A stretch of DNA of 64,000 nucleotides from Mobula hypostoma (Eukaryota). The stretch covers positions 90,894,001 through 90,958,000 of the forward strand of contig NC_086097.1 in the NCBI RefSeq assembly GCF_963921235.1. Direction: 5' to 3'. Of the stretch, positions 35,746-48,740 are shown piece by piece. The first letter of the stretch is position 1, and each line of letters begins with the position of its first letter. Position numbers and translations under genes: made by a program. The notes under the pieces were generated by a model. The model worked only from the letters and a program-made list of their open reading frames with translations. It made no database searches and was not told the DNA's origin.

Positions 35746-37329
35746 AGTAAGTGACCTTCCTATTCTTCCCTCCAAAATAAACTGCATTGAATTTATTTAC
35801 CAATTGTTTGTAAATCAAGTTTACGGATGTATTCCTGGTTTAACAGAATTGCAATTTAGGTTTACCTGGTTAAATTATGATAGGAGATTTGCATATCAAT
35901 GTTATGGTCTTTGAATTAAAAGTAACTGAGTGAATTGATAGAAATTTTCATAGTGTTAGATGGACAGAAACTGCTTTCATTCATTAGGGAGTCCTGTACG
36001 AAAGAGGCAAAGACCAAAAATTGCAAGAGTGTTGTTGTACGTAGAGTATAATAGAAACTTGGAGTTTTCTTCTGTGAAAGACAATCATTACTAAATCAAT
36101 TGTTAATTTTAAATCTGAGTCTGATAGGTTTTTATTAATGAAACATATTGAAAGATATGGGGAAAAGCTGAGTGCATAACAACTGATAAGAATCAAAATC
36201 CTGCCAAACTGGAATAGGCTGCGGCGGGATGTAGTGGCCTACTTGTCTTCCTGCCAGTCTTATGAACTAAGGTTAACTGGTCAATTTTTTTCATCTGTCA
36301 ATTTTCATTGATCCAACAATTCATTCCATGATGGAGTTGAAGCACAGCTCTTGTTAAAGGTCATTGAATGTTACTGACAGTATATTGCATGTAACTACAG
36401 CAATGGAGACTGGAAATCTGGAACAATAGGCCGATCCTTAAGCTCCCCTTGAGTTTCCTCTCCATTAAATCTTGCCATTGCATCCTTTTATTCTTCTCTC
36501 TTTCATGTGGCTTAGTTGGTTTCTCCTTGATGCAACTGAGAAACTTGCCTCAACTTCTAAAGCAGGGGTTTCCCTTGGTTAATGGTAAAGGTTCATGGCC
36601 TACAAAAGGTTGGGAACCTCTGCCCCAGAGGCAGAGAGTATTGACCTCCTTCAGGAGAAAGGAATTCCTTTTCAATTTCCCAACTGCATATTAACATTTA
36701 TATTACATCTATATGGTGCCTAATTCACACACACACACATACACACACCACCAAGATGAAAATATCTTTTTAACAAAATGGGTCATAATTTTACTAAGTT
36801 GGTCCTCAACTTTTGATGTGCAAGCATTAATACCCCTGCAGTAAAATTTGGCTTCCAGTTATCTTGGCCCTCTTGCTCTGGATTAAGTCGTTGCTCTGTG
36901 AAGCCTGTGTTTCCGCTGCTGCACACCAGTGACCTCACGTTAAAAGAAGTTATACACAGGCAACTTGCACTACACAATATGAAGCTTGGGAGCTAGAAAG
37001 TCAAGATCCTCTTAAACATTCCCAACAGCGAGAGCCCTGAATATCACTCTGCCATCACAGTCTGGAAACTCTGATGACATTTATGAATGTGACATTGTCA
37101 CTCTGAATGAGATATGTTGGGCAGATGATGGCCAGTTCAGAGAATAACACAAAGGATAGACCTTCTGGAGGAGCAAACTGGAAGAGGAATATTGTCTTCA
37201 TGGAGTGAACTCTAACACCAAGAATAGATTCATTTAGTGTCTCAACGCCCCATCCCGTGGAATTAGTATATGCTTTATGACTCCCAGAAAGTGCCCATGC
37301 AAGTTGGTAGAGTGGCAAAAAAGATCAGT

Positions 37330-37930
37330 GCATCTCATATAGGAGTCAGAGAGTCAAGTTGCAGCTATATAGAACTTTAGTTAGGTTGCACTTAGAGTAC
37401 AGTGTACAACTCTGGTCACCCCATTGTAGGAGGAAAGTGGAAGCTTTGGAAGAGAGCAGAAGAGTTTACCAAGATGTTACCTGGAGTAGAAGGGATAAGC
37501 TATATGGAGAGTTTGGATAAACTTAGATTGTTTTTTCAAGAGCATCAGAGGATGATGGAAGACCTGATAGAGGTTTATAAAATTATAAGAGGCATAGATA
37601 CTGTGAAATATCAGAATTTTTCTCCCAGGGTGTAAACATCAAATGCTTGAGACCATGCATTTAAGATGAAAGAAGGAAACTTTAAAGAAGACGTGCAAGT
37701 TAAGTTTATTTACACAGAGAGTGATGGGTGTGTGGAACAAGCTGCTAGGAGTAGTGGTGGAAGCAGAGACAATAGTGGGATTTAACAGATAGTTAGTTAC
37801 ATGAATACGCACGGAATGTAGGGATATGGATTCTGTGCAGATTTATTCTAATTTGGCATTGTGTTCAGCATTGACATTGTGAGCTGAAAGCTCCCCTCTT
37901 GTGCTGTGCTGTATTGTTCTATGTCCATTC
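37330..37930 (+). mobile_element. Degraded CR1 3' fragment
   Basis: ORF 37402-37635 (FTKMLPG, DLIEVYKIIRGID) and a CR1 tail. Confidence 0.8.
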
Positions 37931-39384
37931 TTCACTTCAGACATAGAACTAACAGGTTACAGTCATCAGTCCTATGTCCCAATCCTGGAAGCTTTGGATA
38001 GCCAAGAAGGACCCCTAATCCAACCTTGGTCCATACCAATTGGAGACAAAGTGATTTTTTGGGCAATTTTAATGCAACAATAGGAAGGGTTGCAACAGTC
38101 TGACAAGGTGTGATCAGCAAGGAAGGATGAGAGAAGAAAATTCCCTCTGGGGCTATCACCTGAACAAATGTTTGGAGTAGAACTGTCATAATGAACTCTC
38201 TGCTTTGTCATGGAGACCAGGACAAGAAGCCATGATAACCTGCACCTGTAGAATTGGCGTCTTTTAGAATATGTCAGAGCCTGAGCAAAGGATCATGAAG
38301 ATACCCAGATTGCACAGATCATAGCTGGCACAGATGCCTGCTGAACAGATTACCATTATAATATGCATCAATCCAGCCCTAAATCATTAGCTTCAAAAGA
38401 GGTGTTGTTGCAAGAAGGTCAACATTGAAATCCTCAAGGACCCCACAGAAACAAGTGCCTCCATAGCAACCGGGCAGCTCCGAGATCATAGGAGCCACAG
38501 GGTGTCTACTGCATAGGCTCTCCACTGAAGTCTGCCATAACTGCACCTGTGAAGAGACACTTCACTGCTCCACCAGGAAGAATCACGACTGGATGGATGA
38601 AAATGAGCAGGAGATCAAAGAACTAATTAATCAGAAACATAAGGCATTCACTGGATTGGAAGCTTCATTTTTCCCTTGAGGGAAAAGCAGCAGCTTCAGA
38701 GGACTCTGATGGCAGAGAGCCCAGCAGAAAATCTATGATCCAGAGACCAGGAGGTGGGTGGAAAGAGCATGTGAGACTCAGCAATTCACAGACAACTATG
38801 ACACACCACAAAGCTAGCTTTAACCCAAATGCGTAGTGCTCCATGCCCCATAAAGGGTAGGAACAGCAATGAACTCATAAGGGAGAGAGGGGCAGTCAGT
38901 GTGTGCTGTAAGGAACAACTCAAAGACCTTGTCAACCATGGTTCTATCCTTGACATGAGCACCTTCACTCTATCCTACTGTAGCCTCCCTAACAGGGCAT
39001 CAAGAGCAGATGGTATCCACAACATTCTCCAACTAAGGGGTGAAAAACTTCAGTGACAAATTGACTTTCTGGTATGGATAGAGGAGGGTATACCAAAGGA
39101 CTTCATAGATGCCTTGATTGTAAACACCTTCAGGAATGGAAGAGATTCTCAATTTGACAGCTGTAGAGAGGTCTCCCTGCTGTCTGCCACTAACAAACTC
39201 ATCCCTAATTGCCACCTCCCAATGTCCAAACAGCCACGACCTGAACCTCAGTGTGGCCATTAATTGACGCAGCAACTATGATCGTCAGTAACAATAACTC
39301 AAAGAGGACCATTTGTTTGAAGATGCTGTGCAAGTCATGCTCCTAACCAAAGGGTGCATATCAGAGCCAAGAAGATGTAGACAT

Positions 39385-39590
39385 GAGAGACTGCAGATGG
39401 TGCAATAACCAACATACTGGAGAACTCTGCAGGTTTAGCAGCAACTGTGGGAGGAATGCAATTGTCAATGCTTTGAGTTGATGTCTGCATCATGTCCTAA
39501 AAAAGGGTTTGAGCCTGAAACTTCAACAATTCCTTTCCTCCCACAGATGCTGCTCGACCTGTTGAGTTCCTCCAGCACACTGTTTGTTGT
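39385..39590. mobile_element. Head-to-head inverted pair of Penelope terminal-repeat fragments
   Basis: CTGGAGAACTCTGCAGGTTTAGCAGCAACTGTGGGAGGAA pairs with TTCCTCCCACAGATGCTGCTCGACCTGTTGAGTTCCTCCAG. A decayed hammerhead (GGGTTTGAGCCTGAAAC) lies in the centre. Confidence 0.7.
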
Positions 39591-40099
39591 CCAGTAAGAC
39601 ACCTTCATTGTCCCAACATAATTTTTAATCTTCTTCGCTACAATGTGCCCCTCATCTCCTGGAAACCTCTATGGTATTGGAACTAATCTTTAGCCTCAAG
39701 GGAGGCTGTTCAGTCTACATTAACTACACTCCAGTACCTAGGTCACACAATCTTGTGTGGTTGAGATGTGGTATTCAGACAATGCGCAGAGGCCAAGCTT
39801 CAAGATATGGGCAATTCATTCTCTGAAACATGGAAGAAACCTTTGCATGCTTGAGGGAAAAAAAGGCATCTGAAACAGTCACTCATTTCCAAACTCTGTT
39901 GAGGGAAGTGATTAACATGGAGACATAGATTCATAAAGTAATACAGCAGAAAACCATGCCCTTTGGCACAACGGGTAGACACTGAACACAGCATCTTCCT
40001 TGCTAGTCCCATTTGCCCACAATCAACCTATAACCTTCCAAAAACTTCCCTTCATGTACCTCTTAAATGTCTCTCCTGCACCCTCTCCCACTTAACCCG

Positions 40100-41650
40100 A
40101 GGAACTGCACACTAGCGTTCTGAAAGAGGTAGCATTAGGGATTGTGGTGGCATTAGAAATTATATTTCAAAAATCATTAGACTCTGGCATGGTGCCAGAG
40201 AACCGGAAAATTACAAATGTTACTCTACCGTTTAAGAAAGGAGGAAGGCAGCAGAAAGGAAATTATAGACCAGTTAGCCTGACCTCAGTGGTTGGGAAGA
40301 TGTTGGAGTCAATTGTTAAGGATGAGGTGACAGAGTATTTGATGACACAGGACAAGATAGTACAAAGTCAGCATGGTTTCCTTCAGGGAAAATCCTGCCT
40401 GACAAACCTGTTGGAATTCTTTGAGGAGATTACAAGTAGGATAGTTAAAGGGGATACAGTGGAAGCTGTATATTTGGACTTTCAGAAGATCTTTGACAAG
40501 GTGCACACATGAGACTGATTACCAAGAAAAGAGCCCATGATATTACAACAAAGTTACTAACATGGTTAGTGCATTGGCTGGTTGATAGGAGGCAGCGAAT
40601 GGGAATAAAAGGATCCTTTTCTGGTTGGCTGCCAGTGACTAGTGGTGTTCCACAGGGGTTGGCGTGGGGACCGCTTCTTTTTATGATTTAGATGATGGAA
40701 TAGATGGCTTTGCTGACAAGTATGCAGATGATACAAAGATTGGTGGAGAGGCAGGTACTGTTGAGGAAACAGGTAGGATGAAGAAGGACTTAGACAGATT
40801 AGGAGAATTGGCAAGAAAGTGGCAAATGAAATACAATGTTGGAAAATGCATGGTCATGCACTTTCGTAGTAGAAATAAATGAGCAGACTTTTTCTAAATG
40901 GGGAGAAAATCCAGAAATATGAGATGCAGAGGGACTTGGGAGTCCTTGTGCAGAACACCCTGAAGACTAACTTGCAAGTTGAGTTAGTGGTGAGGAAGGC
41001 AAATGCCATATTAGCATTCATTTAGAGAGGTCTTGAATGCAAGAGCAAGGATGTGATGCTGAGGCTTTATAAGGCACAGGTGAGGCCTCACCTTGATTAT
41101 TGTGAATAGTTTTGGGCCCCTCATCTTAGAAAAGATGTGCTGGTATTGGTGAGGGTTCAGAGGAGGTTCACAAGCATCATTCCAGGAATCAAAGGGTTAT
41201 CATACGAGGAACATTTGATAGCTGTGGGTCTGTACTTGCTGAAATTCAGAAGGATGAGGGGGGATCTCATTGAAACCTTTCAAATATTGGAAGGCTAGAC
41301 AGAGTAGATGTGGAAAGGATGTTTCCCATGGTGGGGGAGTCTAGGACAAGAGGGCACAGCCTCAGGACAGAGGGGCGCCCTTTCAAAACAGGGATGTGGA
41401 GAAATTTCTTTAGCTAACGGTGGTGAAGTTGTGGAATTTGTTGCCCCGTGCAGCTGTGGAGGCTAGGTCATTGGGTATACTTAAGGCAGAGATTGATAGG
41501 TTCTTGATTGGACATGGCATCAAAGGTTATGGGGAAAAGGCCAGTAACTGGGGTTGAGGAGGAGAAAAAAAAGGACCAGCCATCATTGAATAACGGAACA
41601 GACTCGATGGGCCAGATGGCCTAATTCTGCTCCTGTGTCTTATGGTCTTA
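40100..41650 (+). mobile_element. CR1 LINE RT and 3' end, 5'-truncated and disrupted
   Basis: NYRPVSLTSVVGK, QHGF, GVPQG and YADD in ORFs 40144-40882. Tail TCTTATGGTCTTA. Confidence 0.93.
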
Positions 41651-43753
41651 CGGACAATATCTTTCCTATAACAGGGTGAGCAAACTTGTGCACAATTCTC
41701 CAAGTGCAGCCTCACCAATGACTTACATAACTGCAACGTAATGCCCCTATTGTACCAAGTGGACCGAGGAAATAATTCAATCTCCCGAGTATCTCCAGCC
41801 CATGGCCACCCAAATTGGAGAGGTAGTATTTGAAATGGTATTGAGAATTTTGAGTTCATGCATCAGACCACACATGAAAAACCTGCATAAGCAGTGGAAG
41901 AAAAGCAGCATTTCACTAATTACCCATCTACCCACCCTATCAAGTACCTCCTGCCCCTTCTGTGAAAGAATCTGCACATTATCCTCTTCAACCACCTCAG
42001 AACTCACAGTGGATGTAAGTCATCCTCAAGCTCAAGGGAGTCCAGAGGAAGAAAATGTCCCAGCATATTTCACTGTTTTTGAAAGGCACATCTTTTTAGT
42101 TCTCATGTCAAACAGCTGAATCTGACTATGAAGAGTTTCTCTGCTGCTTCGGTGAGTTTTTTTTAGCATATGGAGAGAAGAGCAGTGGAGTGGGTACTCC
42201 AAAGCACAGACTCCACTTACAGCTGCAGATATGCACTTCTGTAGTTAGTGGCTAAAGGCACTGTCAATCACAACTTCCACTGCACTCTGTGCTGAGTCGA
42301 CTCAAAATCCCATTGGGCTTTCATTAGAGCATAATCCAAGATTCCTTCACTTTATTGAAGCTCAGAGTTTTCCTGCTGGATACTACTCCTGTGCTGACTT
42401 TAGGTGATTAAATAACCTCTGCATATCTCTCCCCATAGTACAAGGCTCATGAATGATGAATATGACCTGGGGGCAACAAAGCATGCATGGAGGTAAAACC
42501 CAGCAGATTAGAAGCTTTACAGCCATTGAGTTGGCTGAACTGGATGCAAGAAATGCTTAATTTTTAAGAACCATCCACCACAGAAGCAGCCAAAGGAGGG
42601 GCCAGCTACTTGGGATGGGGGGTGGGGGGAACAAAGAGCAAGAATAAAGGTCAATAAGATGGTGCTTCAACTCACTCATCTCCGAACTAATTCAAGACAC
42701 TGTTGCTTCTTGTACCTCTACCACAATGGCCCACACTCAATAAGACAGCCCAGGCTAACCCAAACCCGTGTCCTGTGTAACCCTTTTTTCAGAGGTAGCT
42801 TCCACTGATAGGAGAGAATTGGCGGAGTGGAAGCAGCAGAATGAAAGGACTGGGACTTGTATTCAAGCATTATGTGTTGTCAGCTCAATCACTTCTCCCA
42901 GATGCCTCATTGGCTCCCTCCTCTGTCTGCTTCATCTTAATTTTCACCAAACATTATAATAAGACCCTAGAATCCTACTTCATAAAAGAGGGCTATTTGG
43001 TTTATTGCAGCTCTGTCAGCTGTTTGAAAGATCAACCAACTATTACCACTCTCTTGTTGTTCCCCAACAGCCCAGTAAATCTGTTCGCTTCAGATTTTTT
43101 TTCACTTCTGCCATTATTACCCAATCTGCGTCCACCACTCTTACAGGCAATAGATTTCAGGTCATAATTTGGTGAAAATAAAAGCATAAAAACTCCTCAA
43201 TTCTTCAAATATCACAGGGAAAATAAGTTGGGGCAATAGGACTGATGAGATTGGCCTAAGAGAAAATGTAAGAAATGAAGGGGAAAAACACCTTCTGGGA
43301 TTTTTGAAAAATTGCCTTAAATCTATCTACTTTGTTCTCTCCTAATAAATATCGCATTAACCTTCTTGTTCTGAGCAGATCTTTAGTTTTTCGACTAAGT
43401 AGGTCAACAATGTACAACAATAAATCGATCAATTGATAAACGGAAGAGTCAAGGCTTGAATAGAGTTACTTCATCTCCTCCCTAACCCCTCCAAGTACCA
43501 GTATTGCACATAGTCCAGGTGTGAGGTCACTAATACCCCAAGTAATTGAAGCATAACATCTTTATTTTTTTTCAGAAAAAATGATTCTCTAACGATAAGT
43601 GATAACATTCTATTAGCTGTCTTAATTACTTACTAACATTACATGCTAGCCTTTTATGAATCAAGCATTGTAAGATCCAAATATCTGTGAGCCTCAGGGC
43701 TTTGAAAACTCTTGTAATTTAGATAATCTGTTTTCCATAATGGACCAATTACT

Positions 43754-44035
43754 GGGCGGCACAGTAGCGTACTGACACAATGGCCTTTACTATACCAGCC
43801 ACCTGAGTTCAATTCCCACCACTGCCTGTGAGCTGTTTGTACGTCTTTTCCGTGACTGTGGGGTTTCCTCCGGGTTCTTTGCTTTCCTCCCAGAGTCCAA
43901 AGGCTTATTGATTAGTAGGCTAATTGGTCATTGTAAATACTCCTGCGATTAGGCTAGGGTTAAATTGGGGGTTGCTGGGCAGCATGGTTCGAAGGGCCAG
44001 AAGGGTCTATTTTGCACTGTATCTCAATAAATAAA
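43754..44035 (+). mobile_element. HE1-like SINE, near full length, inside an old minus-strand CR1 (about 43200-44470)
   Basis: Head GGGCGGCACAGTAGCGT, GAGTTCAATTCC B-box, core, and 3' CTGTATCTCAATAAATAAA. Confidence 0.8.
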
Positions 44036-44717
44036 TTTCTCATTTTCTCATGTTATCTTTGCCCACTCATTCAACCAATCGAGTCTTATTTGTAGCTTCT
44101 TTGTACCTGTTTCACAACTTATTCTATCTTTGTGTCAACAAGATTAGCAACTGTATATTTGGTACCTTCATCCAAGTCATTTATAAGAAGTTAAGGCCCC
44201 AAAACCAGTCCTTGTGGCAAACTACTCTTCACCTCACCAACCAGAAAAAGAAAACATTTATGCTGACCATCTGCTTCTTGTTCACCAGCCAACAGTCCAT
44301 CCATGCCACAATGTTACCTCCTAGATCTAGACAATGGACTTCTACTGTATCCATAACTTTGAAAGAACATGTCATAAAATTCCTTCTGAAAATCCAATGA
44401 TAGTCCATCCACCAATTTTCCTTCTAGCACAACACATTACTTTTTCAAAGAACTGCAGTTTCCCATTGAGATATGTTAAAAATTTACAGTCCCACAGTAT
44501 ACAAGTTATGAACAAATACTGTATATGGCTGCTGAATTTTTTTATCTACATGAGGCTTTTAGTTATACAACCTTTCATCTCATTCCTTCCAAGTGTTCTT
44601 TGCAGCAAATACTGTCGGGAGGACTTACAGAAGTTATTGCAATCATAATCCAGCAAACAACAAATAAAACGCTTTCCTCTTAGAACTATAAAGAATATAA
44701 CAGATCAATAACATATA

Positions 44718-45092
44718 TGGAATTCAGAAGAATGAGGGGGATGTTCATTGAAATCTGTTGAATGTTGAAAGACCTCAAAGAAGTGGATATGGAGAGGATG
44801 ATTCCTGTGGCGGGGGAGTCCAAGATCAGAGGACACAGCCTTGGAATAGAGGGATGTCCATTTAGAACAAAGATGAGAAGGGATTTCTCTAGCCAGAGAG
44901 TGGTGACTCTGTGGACTTTGCAGCATCAGGCATCTGTGAACAGATTCGTGAGTAGACAGGGCACGAAGGGATACAGGGGGAACCCAGGACATTGGAGCTG
45001 AGAGAGAAATGGGTCAACCATGATGAAATGGCAGAGCAGACTTGATGGGCTGAATGGCCCAATTCTGCTCCGGTATCTTATGGTCTTATATG
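44718..45092 (+). mobile_element. CR1 3' fragment
   Basis: GAATTCAGAAGAATGAGGGGG start, RRDFSSQRVV, tail TCTTATGGTCTTATG-like. Confidence 0.85.
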
Positions 45093-45819
45093 GGGGCTCC
45101 ATTAATTTTGGACTCGATGTCCAAAACACATTGTGTCTCCAGGAACAACTTCTTATCAAGTGTGTTGCATCAATAAATCTCATGAGGCTTTTCAGTTGCA
45201 TCATTTTGATTTTTGGTTTCTATGCTTTTCTCAGCAGTGATCAGGCCTACAGATGGATGGATGGAAAGGTGTGAAACTAGGAATATTTTCACAAATATGT
45301 TCTTTTTTGAACCCATATATGAGGTGAAATTTAGAAGAGATTTTTGTTTCTCTCTCAGCTGCAACCATGTACATTCTCAGTCCCCTCAACCTTATTGGTT
45401 TGGCTCTGACCTTTGACATGTTTGGCCATAAGGTACTCTTCCAACATCTCCTCACCTTTGTCTCATTGCTCGCTTCTTCCTTCTGTATTGATTGCTCCCC
45501 ATGACCCATTCTGTGCTCACTCCTGTTCCGAACCAATGTCTCCTGTTGAACTTTGATGACATCATCTAAAGAACTCAACAGCTTCCATCCTGCTATTCGC
45601 AGTTTCAGAAAAGGATGCCTTTCTGGAGAAGTTTTGTAAATCGAAAAAGCTGGGTGAAATCTATCCTTAACTGTGGATAAGAGGATGATTTCTGTTCTGA
45701 CAAAAGACACACTTATGATGCGTAAATCATATTCAGATAGATCATGATCAGAATTCATCTAACAGGTGTGGTTGCGATAGGTTGCTTTCTGACAACGGCA
45801 TGCTTGGTAGGCGGGAGGC

Positions 45820-48080
45820 CTTCAGAAGTGAAATATTGGTGATAGGGTTTGTAAGCTCTGGTTAGAATAAAAAGCAAGAGTAGCAGGCATAGGGAACGTG
45901 GGTTTTTGAAGGATATCGGAGCCCTGGCTGAGAAGAAGGAGGTGCATAGCAGGTATAGGCAGGTAGGAACAAATGAGGAACTTGAGGAGTATAAGAAATG
46001 CAAAAGAACACTGAAGAGGGAAATCAAGGGGGGCTAAAAGAAGGCATGAGGTAGCTCTGGCAGACAAGCTGAAGGAGCGTACCAAGGGCATTTATAGATA
46101 CATTAAAAGCAACAGCAAGGGTCAAAATTGTTGCAATTGAAGATCAGCATGGTCATCGCTGTATGGGGCTGAGAGAGATGGAGGAGATCTTAAAGGGAAT
46201 TTTTGAAACTTTATTTACTCTGGAGATGGACATATGGAATCTATAGAACTGCTGCAAAACAGTAAGTAGGCCATGGATCATATATGGATTACAGAAGAGG
46301 AGATGTTCAGTCTTGAGGAGAATTAAGGTGGCTAGGTCCCCAGAACTTACAGGGTGTCTCCTTGAAGCTTGTGGGAAGCTAGTACAGAAATTGCAAGTGC
46401 TCTGACAAAGATATTTAAAATGTGTTTAGCCACGGGTGAGGTGCTGGAGGACTGGGGGATGACTAATGTTCTGTTGTTCAAGAAAGGCTCTAAGGATAAG
46501 CTGGGAAATTATAGGCCAGTGAGCACAACATCAGTAGTGGGTAAATCATTGGAAGGTACTCCAAGAGACAGGATATAGCAGTATTTGGATAAATAGGGCC
46601 CAATTAAGGATAGTCCATGTGGCTTTGTCCATGGTGAGTTGTGTCTAATTAATCTTATAGAGTTTTTGAGGAGGTTGCCAGGAAAAGGTGATGAAGGAAA
46701 AGCAGTGGATTTTGTCTACAAAGATGTCAGCAAATCCTGCATGAGGGGCTGGTCAAGAAGGTTCAATTCCTTGGCATTCAGGATGAGGTAGTAAATTAGA
46801 TTCAACATTGGCTTCATGGGAGATGCCAAAACAAGGCTCTGGTAGATGGTCGGCTCTCTGACTGGAGGCCTGAGGCTAGTGGAATGTGACAGGGATCGAT
46901 GGTCTCTGACTGGAGGCCAGAGGCTAGTGGAATGTGACAGGGATCGATGGTCTCTGACTGGAGGCCTGAGGCTAGTGGAATGCGACAGAAATCGATGGTC
47001 TCTGGCTGGAGGCCTGAGGCTAGTGGAATGCAACAGGGATCGATGGTGAGTCCACTGTTGCTTATTACCTATATCAATGATCTGGACGATTATGTGGTTA
47101 ACTGCAAATTTCAAAAGTTCAAAAGTGTATTTATTATCAAAGTATGTATGCAATATACATCTGACATTTTTCTTCCCCAGAAAGCTATGAAACAAAGAAA
47201 AACCATGGAAGTCAGTTCACAGAAAAGCAGCAATAAATTCCCCCAAATTCCCCCTCCCCCACACAAAATGCAACAAGAAACAAGACAAAAGCATTGACCA
47301 GCAAGCCCTCCTTCCCCACACAAAACTATACCAAGAACATCAGCCCCCAAACTCCCTTCCCCACACACGAAAAACAACATTTCCGGATAACACCAAGATG
47401 GGGCTGTAGTGGACAATGAGGAAGGCTATCAAAGCTTATGGTGGGATTTGGACCAGCTGGAAAAATGGAATGAAAATGGCAGATGGAATTTAATGCAGAC
47501 GTGTGAGGTGCTGCACTTTGGGAAGACAAACCTGGGTAGGACTTACACAGTGAACTGTAAGGTACTAAGGAATGCAGTAGAGCAGGGATCTGGGAATACA
47601 GATCCATAAATCCTTGAAAATGGCATAACGGGTAGATAGGGTTGTAAAGCTAGGGAACATTTGAATTGGTTGGGATTTTTTTTCTCTGGAGCATAGAAGA
47701 ATGTAGGGAAATTTGACAGAAATATACAAAACTATGAGGGGTATAGAGAGGGCAAATGCAAGAAGGCTTTTTCTACATGGTTTGTTAAGATTAAAACAAG
47801 AGGTCATAGGTTAAGAATGAAAGGTGAAATGTTTAAGGGGAATCTGAAGGGGAACTTCTTCCCACAGAAGATGATATGAGTGTGGAACGAGCTACCAGCA
47901 GAAGTGGTAGATGAAAGTTCAGTTGCAACATCTCAGAAAGTTTAGATAAGTACATGGATGGGAGGGGTACAGAGGGCTATGGTCAATGGAGACTGATAGA
48001 ATAACAATTCGGCACAGACTAGATGGGCAGAAGGGCCTGTTTCTGGGCTGCAGTGCTCTATGACTCTATGATTCTCTATG
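45820..48080 (+). mobile_element. Degraded CR1 LINE ORF2 with internal tandem duplication and an insertion at about 47110-47380
   Basis: LFKKGSKDKLGNYRPVS (46369-46578), YINDLD, VLHFGKTN, and tail (CTATGACT)n. Confidence 0.85.
46846..47047. repeat. 48-bp tandem repeat x4 derived from CR1 RT sequence
   Basis: Unit GATGGTCTCTGACTGGAGGCCTGAGGCTAGTGGAATGTGACAGGGATC. Confidence 0.93.
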
Positions 48081-48740
48081 TTTGTAAATGAGGGAATTAC
48101 TGTGCATAGGAGTGCAAGAACATAAATATTAGCCTCAGGAATAGGCAATTTGGATTTTGAAGCTGTCCGGCTATTAATCAAGATCATGCTGATCTACCCT
48201 GGTGCTATCTTTCTGCATGATTCCTAGTTCCTTTGATTCACTATATCTCCAAACATCTAACAATCACTGTTTTAAACAGACTCAATAACTGAACCTCCAA
48301 AGTCATCCAGGGTAGGGAATTCCACCCTCTTTTCATCATACCTCTTATATATGACCCACCCTATATTCTTAGATTGTTACCCATTGCTCAATACTCCTCA
48401 TCCAGGGAAATCATCCTCCCTACACCATCAAACCAGGTAAGAAGTATGTAAATTTTGAAAGTTTCAATCTCCTTCTGTTTTTGCAAAACTTCACAGAAGA
48501 CAATGTGGAGTCAAGTCACACAGCGTAGAAACAGGTCCTTGTCGTATCATGTTCAAAACAGCCATCAGACAGCCATCTATCCATGAAGGTCTATTCAAGC
48601 TCTCTTCTTACAGCCAACCTGGGTGCCTGGAACCAATCTTGTGAATTTTTGCTACACTGTCTCTATTCCAAACTTATCCATTTTCAGTTAAAGGTCCACA
48701 CCCATGCACATCACACCAGGTGAAGTCTCACCAAAGGTGC

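Larger units (their letters stand above)
36800..42050 (+). mobile_element. Ancient RTE (BovB-like) LINE, heavily degraded and fragmented by CR1 and Penelope insertions
   Basis: Endonuclease N-terminal remnants (DIVTLNEICWADDGQFRE near 37090; LHGV near 37200), NHDWMDENEQEIKELI at about 38581, QYLGHTI near 39735, and C-terminal CPFCERIC...NHLRTH at 41950-42010. Confidence 0.65.

Noticed and set aside
35603..35914. HT-repeat and CV-repeat ORFs
   Set aside because: Translations of the (TG)n microsatellite.
43754..43830. tRNA gene
   Set aside because: A/B-box-like motifs are the head of a SINE, continue into the shared SINE core, and form no cloverleaf.
45231..45758. 175-aa minus-strand ORF as a host gene
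   Set aside because: No recognisable domain. The opposite strand has faint RT-like fragments (NFDDII, ELNSFHPAI), so it is more likely a chance ORF over an ancient repeat. Neither reading is well supported.
46716..47195. Repeat-containing protein ORF
   Set aside because: Arises from the 48-bp tandem duplication in a dead CR1.
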